From: Planctomycetota bacterium
Lineage (GTDB): Bacteria > Planctomycetota > UBA1135 > UBA2386
Direction of reading: 5' to 3'
NCBI GenBank assembly: GCA_947501605.1
Contig: CANMWZ010000012.1
Coordinates: 32,001-96,000, forward strand
DNA length: 64,000 bases
Shown piece after piece: positions 1 to 8,408 of this stretch. Under the pieces are notes generated by a model that worked only from the letters and a program-made list of their open reading frames with translations, searched no databases and had not been told where the DNA came from. The position numbers were made by a program, and so were the translations under genes. Every line of letters begins with the position of its first letter. The stretch's first letter is position 1.

Positions 1-45
1 GTGGGGTGACTGACGACCGAGACGGCGCCGCAGATCAGGGACCGG

Positions 46-1188
46 TCAGTTGCCGGTGACGGCTTGCTGGCAGAGGCGAAACGACACGTCCTTCAAGCGC
101 TGAAGCGAACCACTGCCGACAACCCAGTAGATCGTGCCGGCCTCGTGGAAGACGTAGGCGCGCATCGCTCGATCGTCGTAGCTGGCAATCGCATGTGCCG
201 CTGACGATGTGATCGTGGCGGTTGCGATGTGATCGAGGAACGGGTTGCCCCCACTGCGCGACTGCAGGATGAAGAACTCGTCGATGCCGTCTGAGTAGCC
301 AAGGACCACCGTTTGATCGCCGTTGACCGGATCCTCGGTGACCTGGACGAACTGCTGGCGGTAATCGCTGACTGTGCCGCCAATCGCGGGCTGAAGCGGA
401 ACAAAGACACCAAGCCTCATATTCGCGCTCTGCAGGTCGCCAAAGCGTGAGACTGTCATCCTTGGGCGCCAACTCCAAGCGGGCTTCGTGGCGCCTCGTG
501 AACTGACCTGGATCGCCGAACCCATCAAGGCGAAACTCGTAGTCTCCAGTTCACTGATCAGCCGGAGCTGAGAATCGTACTCGCCGGTGTAGAGCGCGAC
601 GCCAGTCACCACATCGAGGTCGAGCACCCAGATGCCTTTGTCGGTCCGCGTGGGAAACACAACGATCCGGCGCACTCCGCGACCAATGCGTGTGGCTTGG
701 CCAAAATCAAAGATCTGGTAGTTCTGCTGCGCGAGAGCCGGGTCAGTGACGTGGAACCCACCGTGCATGTGCAACAAGCCAGCGTTGTTGCGGTAGACCT
801 CACTCCACACCGCCTGAGCAGTCGCGCTCGGAGGGATAGAGCCAATCAAGTCGAGGAAGTCGAGCCTGAAGGCAGAGTCGCGAGTGCCGTCTCCCTGCAG
901 CATCAGCTGTTCGCGCACTTGCACGATCTCACTATTGCTGCCCAAGAACCGGCGCACACGAGTCGCCTGATACGACGACTGAAAGGGCGCTTGCGCCAAG
1001 TGCTGGAACGTCACCGGAGCACCGTTCGCGAGGACACCGTTCGCGAGGACACCGTTCGCGAGGACACTGCCACCGCCGCCGCCTCCGACGCCCTGAGCTG
1101 GCGCGAGCGCCACGACACAGAGCGAGGCTACCGCCAGCGCATGCGCGCGCAGCGATTGCAGGGTGCGGGAGAGACGGTTCATGAGCAA
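46..1188 (-). CDS. MucB/RseB-like periplasmic sigma-E regulatory protein
   Basis: Signal peptide. Segment QNYQIFDFGQATRIGRGVRRIVVFP...IWVLDLDVVTGVALYTGEYD resembles the RseB/MucB N-terminal LolA-like fold. Lies directly downstream of an ECF sigma and anti-sigma. Confidence 0.65.
   Translation of the reverse strand: MLMNRLSRTLQSLRAHALAVASLCVVALAPAQGVGGGGGGSVLANGVLANGVLANGAPVTFQHLAQAPFQSSYQATRVRRFLGSNSEIVQVREQLMLQGDGTRDSAFRLDFLDLIGSIPPSATAQAVWSEVYRNNAGLLHMHGGFHVTDPALAQQNYQIFDFGQATRIGRGVRRIVVFPTRTDKGIWVLDLDVVTGVALYTGEYDSQLRLISELETTSFALMGSAIQVSSRGATKPAWSWRPRMTVSRFGDLQSANMRLGVFVPLQPAIGGTVSDYRQQFVQVTEDPVNGDQTVVLGYSDGIDEFFILQSRSGGNPFLDHIATATITSSAAHAIASYDDRAMRAYVFHEAGTIYWVVGSGSLQRLKDVSFRLCQQAVTGN
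1021..1065. repeat. 3x perfect 15-bp tandem repeat (ACCGTTCGCGAGGAC) encoding VLANG x3
   Basis: Read directly from the sequence; in frame just after the signal peptide and Gly linker of the RseB-like gene. Confidence 0.95.
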
Positions 1189-1224
1189 GGGGTCAGGCTA
1201 ACGCGGAGGGAGTGCGCCTGACCA

Positions 1225-1265
1225 AAGAGGCAGGCATCCAACAAGAGGCAGGCATCCAACAAGAG
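1225..1265. repeat. 2.3x 18-bp tandem repeat (AAGAGGCAGGCATCCAAC), intergenic
   Basis: Read directly from the sequence; between the anti-sigma and RseB-like genes. Confidence 0.9.
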
Positions 1266-1286
1266 CAGAGCGGAGCAACGCGGCGA

Positions 1287-1901
1287 TCACCGCACGACCC
1301 CCAAACGGAGAGCCGCCGTCGGGTGCATGGCCGACGGCAGTTCAGAGACAGGCACGAAGACGATCTGGAGATCGGTGGTTGTTCCCTCAGAACGTCCGAT
1401 GCGCCAACCAAATACGGCCAACAACGCCACAGATGCGGCGACGGCTGCCAACATTCCGACCGATGCCGTTCGCCGCTGGGGTTGGGAAACCGCGCGTGCC
1501 CGAGCTTGGCGCCAGAGCCAAGCAGGGTTTGCTCGAACCGGCTCGGCGAGTCGGGCGGCCAGTCTGTCCTCCGCCACCTGAAGCGGCCACGGCAACTGCT
1601 CGACAGGTGCCACGACCCGCAGGGCGTCGGTGAGCTGCACACCGACCGGCGTTCGCTCGAAGGTGTCGATAGCACGTTCGTGGATCGAGGCCAGGAAGGC
1701 CGGGCTCGAGAGCTCTACAGGTACGGTGGGAGGCCCGCCCAAGTGGTCGCCCAAAGCAGCAGCCAGCTTGACTCGGCGAGCACAACTTGGGCACACCACA
1801 GCATGAGCCGACATCGCACCCTGCTGCCGCAGAGCGTCTACATGCGCAGCCAACTCGCGCGCAAAAGCCCGACAGGCAGCGGACATCGAGGATTCGTTCA
1901 T
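1287..1901 (-). CDS. Zinc-binding (ZAS) transmembrane anti-sigma factor
   Basis: HAVVCPSC (HxxxCxxC) near the N-terminus, one TM helix (VGMLAAVAASVALLAVFGW), 4-nt overlap with the ECF sigma stop. Confidence 0.75.
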   Translation of the reverse strand: MNESSMSAACRAFARELAAHVDALRQQGAMSAHAVVCPSCARRVKLAAALGDHLGGPPTVPVELSSPAFLASIHERAIDTFERTPVGVQLTDALRVVAPVEQLPWPLQVAEDRLAARLAEPVRANPAWLWRQARARAVSQPQRRTASVGMLAAVAASVALLAVFGWRIGRSEGTTTDLQIVFVPVSELPSAMHPTAALRLGVVR

Positions 1902-2524
1902 GCTCCACCTCCGTAAGACCGCCCTGCGGCAACCACGTTTTCTAGGTGCGGGAAGCGCTCGCGGAGGACGCGCTCCAGCGCCAAGTGCGCCCGTGCGAGT
2001 CGACTCTTGACGGTGCCAAGAGAGAGCACAAGAGTCGCAGCAAGCTCCTCGTAGGACATGTCTTCCAGGTATCTGAGCGCCAGGATCACCCGCAGCTTGG
2101 GGCTCAGCATGCCGATCGCTTGCTCAATCTGACCGCCAAATTCTCGCGCCTCTGCCGCGGCTGCGGGTGTCGGGCCAGGCTCCGCCGCTGCTTCAGACGC
2201 GAAGTCAAACTGCTCAGCGTGCTGCCAGCCACGGGAACGGGCACGGCGACGTTGGTCGATGCTGCAGTTGACCACGAGCCGAAACAACCAAGTGCTGAAC
2301 AGGGACCCGGCGCGGAAGCCATCGATCTTCCTGAAGACCAGCGAGAAGCTCTCCTGGACCACGTCCATCGCATCAACCGAGCTGCACGTGATGCGATACG
2401 CGATCGCGTATACACGCTCGCGGTAGCGCAGGAAGAGTTGTTCAAACGCGACTTCGAAGCCCTCGTGGTTGGGGTTGCGACAGGCGTCAACCAAGTCGGC
2501 ATCAGGATCCGGCACGAGCTTCAC
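1898..2524 (-). CDS. ECF-family RNA polymerase sigma-70 factor (RpoE-like)
   Basis: Region 2 motifs DVVQESF and FSTWLFRLVVN; region 4 SYEELAATL..GTVKSRLARA. Start placed at GTG 2524 (the ORF is open to 2608). Confidence 0.9.
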   Translation of the reverse strand: MKLVPDPDADLVDACRNPNHEGFEVAFEQLFLRYRERVYAIAYRITCSSVDAMDVVQESFSLVFRKIDGFRAGSLFSTWLFRLVVNCSIDQRRRARSRGWQHAEQFDFASEAAAEPGPTPAAAAEAREFGGQIEQAIGMLSPKLRVILALRYLEDMSYEELAATLVLSLGTVKSRLARAHLALERVLRERFPHLENVVAAGRSYGGGA

Positions 2525-2532
2525 AGGATTGA

Positions 2533-2559
2533 GACGTTTGGAGCACGGATTTGGGTTCC
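2533..2559 (-). promoter_or_regulatory. Candidate ECF-type autoregulatory promoter GGAAC-N18-CGTC
   Basis: Minus strand reads GGAAC ccaaatccgtgctccaaa CGTC, 8 nt before GTG 2524. The spacer is slightly long for ECF promoters. Confidence 0.35.
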
Positions 2560-2662
2560 CCTTGCCTGGGAACGCCGAGAAAAGTCGGTCCGCCAGACGC
2601 AGCTCCATACGACGCAGCCATGTCAGCGCCAGCCGAGTGCGACCAACCCCGACGGAGCTACT

Positions 2663-3547
2663 TCAGCCGCCAGTGATCGACCCGACACCGCCGGGGAGGA
2701 CTAGGACGGTCCCGACACTGGCGGCGCACTCGACGCCACAGATGAGGTCGTTGCAGTCCTGGCATTCGGCGCCTGAGACCACAAAGGCCGAACCACCCGA
2801 GCCACCCCCGACCGACTGCAGTTGCAGCACACAGACACGGTTGTTGGGAACAGTGCCGGTAGAAACACTCGCCACTGACTGAATCGCGAACAAGCCGGCG
2901 GCAAACGGGACCACAGAGCAGGTCGTGCCGTTGTGATCCAACAATGGGACCGACGTGTGCAGGGAACGCGTACCGATTCTGGCTACCGCACTGATCGCAC
3001 AAGGCAAGACCGCCTGCAGCACAGTCACCGACACCAACGACACCGACAAGTGCACCCAGAGGCCTTCATTGGCCACAGCGCGCTGCTCCATCGCGATCGG
3101 CTGGAGCGACAACGTCGACAGCGGGATGCGCAAACCCGGCACACTACCGACCTCGGCATACGCCTCGAGATTGGTCAACAACTCGACGTCGCCCATGAAG
3201 CGGAACAAGAGGTGCATCACCGCTTCGCTACCACCGGCACTGTTGCGGGTGGTGACCACGAGGCGCATCTCATGATCGGAGGGCATCGGCAGGCTGCGGT
3301 AGCGCGGATTGCCTCGCTGAACCACCTCGACAAAGTCCAACGTTCCGTCGCCGTCCGAGTCCGGGGACAACGCGTTGGTCAAGCAGGCCCACTCCAACGA
3401 GTCCGGCAGGAAGTCGCCATCCGAGTCCAGAGCGATTGCTGGCCGATCGGCGTGCAACACCTGTCCTTGTGATGCTCCGCTCACCTGCCAGCCAGCAACT
3501 GCCAGCAGGACCGCAATCACTACAGAAGCAATCGGGCGCAGGGTCAT
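2663..3547 (-). CDS. Secreted hypothetical protein with DxDxDG calcium-binding (thrombospondin type 3-like) motifs
   Basis: Signal peptide; DSDGDFLPD and DSDGDGTLDFVE; Cys-rich C-terminus (CQDCNDLICGVEC). Confidence 0.7.
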   Translation of the reverse strand: MTLRPIASVVIAVLLAVAGWQVSGASQGQVLHADRPAIALDSDGDFLPDSLEWACLTNALSPDSDGDGTLDFVEVVQRGNPRYRSLPMPSDHEMRLVVTTRNSAGGSEAVMHLLFRFMGDVELLTNLEAYAEVGSVPGLRIPLSTLSLQPIAMEQRAVANEGLWVHLSVSLVSVTVLQAVLPCAISAVARIGTRSLHTSVPLLDHNGTTCSVVPFAAGLFAIQSVASVSTGTVPNNRVCVLQLQSVGGGSGGSAFVVSGAECQDCNDLICGVECAASVGTVLVLPGGVGSITGG

Positions 3548-3740
3548 GAGCGGGGGTTCCTGGAGCTAGCCACCTAACCGGTGGAGGTTTCGGCGGGCTC
3601 CAAACGAGCCGGTGGATTTCAACCGCCAAGCGCGACGAATGCAACGCCCCACAAGGACCCAAGATCACAGGGGCAGGGCGAACCGGCCGATTCTGCGGTT
3701 GTGTCGCACGCGGGGCCCCGGTAAAGACCGAACCCTGCTG

Positions 3741-3817
<77 letters not shown>

Positions 3818-3828
3818 TCCGCCCCACC

Positions 3829-5613
3829 GTGAGCGACCTCAACTTCCGGCTGGACCTGCGAGCCCCCGAACGGCGCCGCATCGTCGTCTCTCTAGAACTC
3901 GACGTGGCCTGCCTGGAGCTGCAGTCAGACGCTTCGGTCGACGGCATCGATTTTTTCCTGCCGACCTGGACGCCAGGGAGCTACCTGATTCGCGAGTATG
4001 CAAGACACCTCGGGCCGGTGGGCGCCACCGATGCCGAAAGCGGCCACGAGCTTGCCGTCGCAAAAACGACGAAGAACCGCTACCGCGTCCGCCGCACGCG
4101 CGAGCTGCGTCGACTCCGACTCGACTACTGGGTCTACGCGCACGAGTTGACCGTTCGAACGGCGGACGTCACCGCGGAGCACGCCTATTGGAATCACGCC
4201 TGCGTGCTGTTGTGGCCTCTCGGGCACAAGCACTTGACGGCCAACGTGCAGGTAGAACTGCCGACGCATTGGAAGCTCGCGGGAGGGGTGCCAACAACCA
4301 CTCTTCGCGATGGCGTCGTCAGCTACGAACTACCAGACCTCGATAGTGCGATCGACGCACCGATCCTGGCCGGAACGTTTACCACCCTGGAGGTGGATGC
4401 TCGCGGCATCCGCCATGTTCTCGCGATCGACGGGGTCGACGGCGCGCGCATCGACCCGAAGTTCACGACTGACGTGCGCACCGTCATCGAACGCGCTGCC
4501 GATGTCTTCGACGGCACGCTGCCATACTCACACTACACCTTCCTGTGCCTGTTCGCGGACAGCGGCTACGGCGGATTGGAGCACGCCAACTCCACCACCC
4601 TGCTGACTCCGCGCACATCTCTAGGCGGAGGCAAAGGCTACCAGGAGTTCCTCGGCCTGCTGGCGCACGAGCTCTTTCACGCCTGGAACGTGAAGCGCAT
4701 GCGCCCCGTCGAACTGTGGAACTACGACTACGAGGTCGAGAACCTCACGCCGATGCTCTGGCTCGCCGAAGGTTGGACGGCGTACTACGACGACCTCATC
4801 TGCCGCCGCGCTCATTTGTTGTCGGTCGAGGAGTACCTCGCAGTCGTCGCGAAAAACATGACGGCGCTGTGGGCTGGCATGGGCCGATTCCGCCAGTCGC
4901 TCGCGGAGTCGAGCTTTGATGCGTGGATCCGCTACTACCGCCCCGATGAGAACACCCGCAACAGCACTCAGAACTACTACGGAAACGGCGCGCTGGCAGC
5001 GATGGTGCTCGACCTCACCATCCGGCGGGCAAGCAACGGTGCGCGCTGTCTCGATGACGCACTGCGCTCGCTCTACCGCGAGACATACTCCGCCAACCGG
5101 GGCTACCGAATCGACGACGTCGAACGTTGCTTGGCACAGGCTGCGGACTGCGATCTCTCGATGCTGCTGTCGTCGCTGACTCGCGGCCCACTGGATCCAG
5201 ACTTCGCCAGCTTGCTCGCCGACTTCGGCGTGCGCGTTGAGCCCATTGACCGCGATCGACCATATCTGGGCTTTGGACTCGAGAGTGGCACGACGAAGGT
5301 CGCGAACGTGAGTGACGACTCGCCAGCCTTCGCGGGTGGCATCGCACCCGGCGACGAAATCCTCGCGTTGAACGAGCTCCGCGTGAGCAACGAGCGTTGG
5401 GCCGACTTGGTCCGCTCAGTTGCAATCGTGAACAAACCGCTACGGGTTCTCGTTGCGACGCGCGGGGTCGTGCGCGAGCGCGTGATCACGCCGATGGAGA
5501 TGCCGAACCTCGGCGTGCGCCTAGCTCTCGAGCGCGACGTCACCGAGCACGTCGTGTCGCTGCGCACAAGCTGGCTAGGCACGGATGCACCAGCGAAGCA
5601 GTCGACGAGCTGA
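3829..5613 (+). CDS. M61 family (glycyl aminopeptidase-like) metallopeptidase with C-terminal PDZ domain
   Basis: PTWTPGSYLIREY, GGLEH, HELFHAWNVKRMRP, LWLAEGWTAYY; PDZ-like DSPAFAGGIAPGDEILALN. Confidence 0.93.
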   Translation: MSDLNFRLDLRAPERRRIVVSLELDVACLELQSDASVDGIDFFLPTWTPGSYLIREYARHLGPVGATDAESGHELAVAKTTKNRYRVRRTRELRRLRLDYWVYAHELTVRTADVTAEHAYWNHACVLLWPLGHKHLTANVQVELPTHWKLAGGVPTTTLRDGVVSYELPDLDSAIDAPILAGTFTTLEVDARGIRHVLAIDGVDGARIDPKFTTDVRTVIERAADVFDGTLPYSHYTFLCLFADSGYGGLEHANSTTLLTPRTSLGGGKGYQEFLGLLAHELFHAWNVKRMRPVELWNYDYEVENLTPMLWLAEGWTAYYDDLICRRAHLLSVEEYLAVVAKNMTALWAGMGRFRQSLAESSFDAWIRYYRPDENTRNSTQNYYGNGALAAMVLDLTIRRASNGARCLDDALRSLYRETYSANRGYRIDDVERCLAQAADCDLSMLLSSLTRGPLDPDFASLLADFGVRVEPIDRDRPYLGFGLESGTTKVANVSDDSPAFAGGIAPGDEILALNELRVSNERWADLVRSVAIVNKPLRVLVATRGVVRERVITPMEMPNLGVRLALERDVTEHVVSLRTSWLGTDAPAKQSTS

Positions 5614-5667
5614 TCCCAGCTCGTCGTTACGGTCGCGGCGCTATTGCCGCATCACTGCGACGAGTGC

Positions 5668-5952
5668 TCAGGAAAGTCGCGCGTGGGTGCCGTCGCAGTA
5701 CGGCGCGTTCTGGCTGAGTCCGCACGCACACCACACGACGGTCTTGGGCTCGTCGAACATGACCTTGATGGGCACAACATCCGAGCCGCGGTGCGTTCCA
5801 TCGCAGTAGGGATACTGCGCGCTGCGTTCGCAGCGGCACCACGCGTGCTTCCCGGCCTCGCACCTCGCGACGAACGGGCCCTTTTGCTTGCGCCCGGGCG
5901 GAGGTGTGCCGCTTGGGCGATTGCCAATCGGATTGTCTTCGTCAGCAGACAC
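5668..5952 (-). CDS. CDGSH iron-sulfur domain (NEET-type) protein with two repeats
   Basis: WCRCERSAQYPYCDGTH and WCACGLSQNAPYCDGTH; GAGG RBS before the GTG start. Confidence 0.9.
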   Translation of the reverse strand: MSADEDNPIGNRPSGTPPPGRKQKGPFVARCEAGKHAWCRCERSAQYPYCDGTHRGSDVVPIKVMFDEPKTVVWCACGLSQNAPYCDGTHARLS

Positions 5953-5962
5953 GGCCTCACTC

Positions 5963-6583
5963 TCAGCGGAAGCGGCGGATCACGCCGCGCACGACGCCGC
6001 GAATCGTGACTCGACTGACGTAGATGGGCTCCATGCTCGAGTTCGCCGGCTGCAAGCGAATGAGCCCGTTGCGCTCGCGATAGAAGCGCTTGAGCGTTGC
6101 CTCTTCGTCCTCAAGGATCGCGACGACGATGTCGCCATCGTTCGCTGTCTCCCGACGCTCGACCACCACGAGGTCGCCATCGTCGATGTGGTCTTCGATC
6201 ATCGATTTGCCGCGAACGCGCAGCAGGTAGATCGCATCGCCGGTCGGCACGAGTTCAGCGAGACTGATGTCCTCACGATCTTCGAGCGCCTCGATGGGAC
6301 GACCCGCCGCAATGCGACCGAGCAACGGCAAGGTCGGGAGGTTTGCGATGGGCTCCTCTGCTGCGTCGGGGTCGTGAAGGATCGCAACGGCTCGGGCCTT
6401 GGCGCGGTCGCGATAGATTGCACCCTTGCGCGACAGTTGCTTGAGGTGCTCATGGATCGTGATCTTGCTCACGCCTAGAGCTGCCGCGGCCTCATCAAGA
6501 GTCGGTGCGATGCCCTTCTCGCGACGGAAGTCGCGGAAGTAGCGCAGCACACGGATCTGCTTCTCCGTCAGCATTAGCTTCAT
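5963..6583 (-). CDS. lexA: SOS response repressor LexA
   Basis: LTEKQ..VL and PTLDE wHTH; GRIAAG (Ala-Gly cleavage site); LRVRGKSM (Ser); ATLKR (Lys); LQPAN. GGGAGG RBS. Confidence 0.96.
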   Translation of the reverse strand: MKLMLTEKQIRVLRYFRDFRREKGIAPTLDEAAAALGVSKITIHEHLKQLSRKGAIYRDRAKARAVAILHDPDAAEEPIANLPTLPLLGRIAAGRPIEALEDREDISLAELVPTGDAIYLLRVRGKSMIEDHIDDGDLVVVERRETANDGDIVVAILEDEEATLKRFYRERNGLIRLQPANSSMEPIYVSRVTIRGVVRGVIRRFR

Positions 6584-6600
6584 GTGGAGAACCCTCCCAG

Positions 6601-6615
6601 GTTCGGTTGTCGTTC
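6601..6615. promoter_or_regulatory. Candidate LexA operator GTTC-N7-GTTC immediately upstream of the lexA RBS
   Basis: GTTCGGTTGTCGTTC read directly; the same motif recurs at 6944-6994. Confidence 0.6.
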
Positions 6616-6629
6616 GTCACCCAACTGGC

Positions 6630-6932
6630 TCATGCGAAGAGGGCCAGCACCAGGAAACCGAGCAGCATGATACAGCTACCAACCAGCTCAACCGTACGAC
6701 CAAGTCGCTGGCGCGCAAATTGATGACCGGCAGGCAGGACTTCGGCGAGGTGCCCCGGCCGCTGAGTCCCCGGCCGAATGGCTGGCTGCAGCCTCATAAC
6801 GGCAAGCATCTTGTGATCGCCTGCTGGCGGAGTAGCGACCTGCCGCTGTCCCTGCGAGCGCGTGGAGGACGCCGGCAGGGCAGTGGGACGGCTGATTGGA
6901 CGGCGGGGGGAGCTGAGGTTGGCGGTGATCAT
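6630..6932 (-). CDS. Small hypothetical protein with a C-terminal transmembrane helix, upstream of lexA
   Basis: ATG preceded by AGGAG at 6 nt spacing; C-terminus LVGSCIMLLGFLVLALFA; same strand as lexA and 46 nt upstream of it. Confidence 0.65.
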   Translation of the reverse strand: MITANLSSPRRPISRPTALPASSTRSQGQRQVATPPAGDHKMLAVMRLQPAIRPGTQRPGHLAEVLPAGHQFARQRLGRTVELVGSCIMLLGFLVLALFA

Positions 6933-6943
6933 CGATGGCTCCT

Positions 6944-7005
6944 GTTCGTGGCAGGTTCGTTCGTCTTTGGTTCGCCTACGTTAGCAACCTGTTCGGGTAA
7001 CACAA
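6944..7005 (-). promoter_or_regulatory. Sigma-70-type promoter (TTGTGT-N16-TAACGT, extended TGn) overlapped by three GTTC-N7-GTTC-type boxes
   Basis: Boxes at 6944-6958, 6959-6973 and the degenerate GTTA-N7-GTTC at 6980-6994. The -35 is at 7005-7000 and the -10 at 6983-6978. Confidence 0.55.
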
Positions 7006-7282
7006 GGCAAAACTTTTGACAGTTCTCCACAGAGTGCGACGGCTGCGGCGGGCCCCAACACCTCGTCCCAGCGGAAGTCGCATGCCTCCCGTCCCAGACT
7101 CGCGGCCACCACTCTTGCCTCGAGGCAGAGCAGCTTCAGAATGCCACATCATCCCTGGCTTGCCTCGGTGGCCCGCGGTCAGGGTCGTCGACAGGCATCT
7201 CCGGTCGTCCCGCTCTCCCGCCCCGTTGTCACGTCGGTCCCGGTCTGGGTCGGTCCCCCGGTCGGCGATGGAAGGTCTCCTG

Positions 7283-7945
7283 ATGCTGGTCCAGTTGTCC
7301 CGTCCGCTCGTCTTCCTCGACTTCGAGACCACGGGCCTCGACACGCAGAACGACCGCATTGTCGAACTCGCGTTCGTCAAGTTGCACCCGGACGGCAGGC
7401 GCGAGCCATTGGTCCAGCGCATCAACCCCGGCATGGAAGTCAGCAAGGGCGCTTCGAAGGTCACCGGCATCCACACGTCCGACGCGTGTGGTCTGTTCTG
7501 GGGACCGCCGCTGAAGAAGGTCGGCGCCAAACTCGCTGAGTTCCTCGTCGGCAGTGACATCGCCGGCTTCAACCAGATCAGCTACGACGTGCCACTCTGG
7601 CTCGCCGAGTGCAAGCGCCACGGGATCGCCTTTGAGCTCGGCGATCGGAAGCAGGTCGATGTGCGCATTCTGTTCAACACCAAGGAGCCGACGTGGGATC
7701 GGTTTCTCATGGGCCCGCGCAATCTCTCAGCCGCCGTGCGCCACTACTGCGGCCGCGAACTCGTCAACGCACACTCCGCCGAGGCCGACTGCAACGCCAC
7801 CGCCGATGTGCTGCTAGCGCAACTCGATCGCTATCCGGATCTACCGCGCGACGTCCCCGGCCTGCACGAGTTCTGCCAGCGCAACCGTCGCGAAGCCCGA
7901 GAAGAAGAAGCGGGCGACAAGAAGAGCGGCAACTCCTTCGCATGA
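7283..7945 (+). CDS. DEDDh 3'-5' exonuclease (DnaQ / DNA polymerase III epsilon-like)
   Basis: FLDFETTG (ExoI), GFNQISYDVP (ExoII), AHSAEAD (ExoIII); GGAAGG RBS before ATG 7283. Confidence 0.9.
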   Translation: MLVQLSRPLVFLDFETTGLDTQNDRIVELAFVKLHPDGRREPLVQRINPGMEVSKGASKVTGIHTSDACGLFWGPPLKKVGAKLAEFLVGSDIAGFNQISYDVPLWLAECKRHGIAFELGDRKQVDVRILFNTKEPTWDRFLMGPRNLSAAVRHYCGRELVNAHSAEADCNATADVLLAQLDRYPDLPRDVPGLHEFCQRNRREAREEEAGDKKSGNSFA

Positions 7946-8385
7946 GCGCTTGGCAACAGCGCGTTCGCTATCGCTTCGGCGATATCGACCACGCTGGGAT
8001 TGCCTATTACCCAAAGCTCTTGCACCTCTTTCACTGTGCGTTCGAGGACTGGTGGAGCGACGCGCTTGGTCATCCGTACGCGCAGATCCTCGATGTCGAC
8101 AAGATCGGCTTCCCAGCAGTGCATCTCGACGTCGACTTCTACACGCCGGTGATCTACGGCGATGAACCAGTGGTGCATCTCGGCGTGCTGCGCATCGGCA
8201 CTTCGTCAGTTGAGTTTGCGTTCTGGCTCACACGCGGCACCGAACCACGGCCTCTTTGCCGCGCACGCATCACGACGGCGGCGGTTGACATGAACACGAT
8301 GCAGAAGATCGCGGTGCCCGACCGATGGCGATCGAAGTTCGCGGCCTTCTCGATCCGCGAAGAGGATTTGCCACGGGGACGCTGA
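7942..8385 (+). CDS. Acyl-CoA thioesterase (4HBT/YbgC hot-dog family)
   Basis: VRYRFGDIDHAGIAYYPK motif; ATGA overlap with the exonuclease. Confidence 0.88.
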   Translation: MSAWQQRVRYRFGDIDHAGIAYYPKLLHLFHCAFEDWWSDALGHPYAQILDVDKIGFPAVHLDVDFYTPVIYGDEPVVHLGVLRIGTSSVEFAFWLTRGTEPRPLCRARITTAAVDMNTMQKIAVPDRWRSKFAAFSIREEDLPRGR

Positions 8386-8408
8386 CGACTTCCTGGCCGC
8401 ATCCAAAC

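Noticed and set aside
7023..7031. DnaA-box-like 9-mer as a sign of oriC
   Set aside because: Single mismatched copy, no AT-rich unwinding element, and no dnaA/dnaN nearby.
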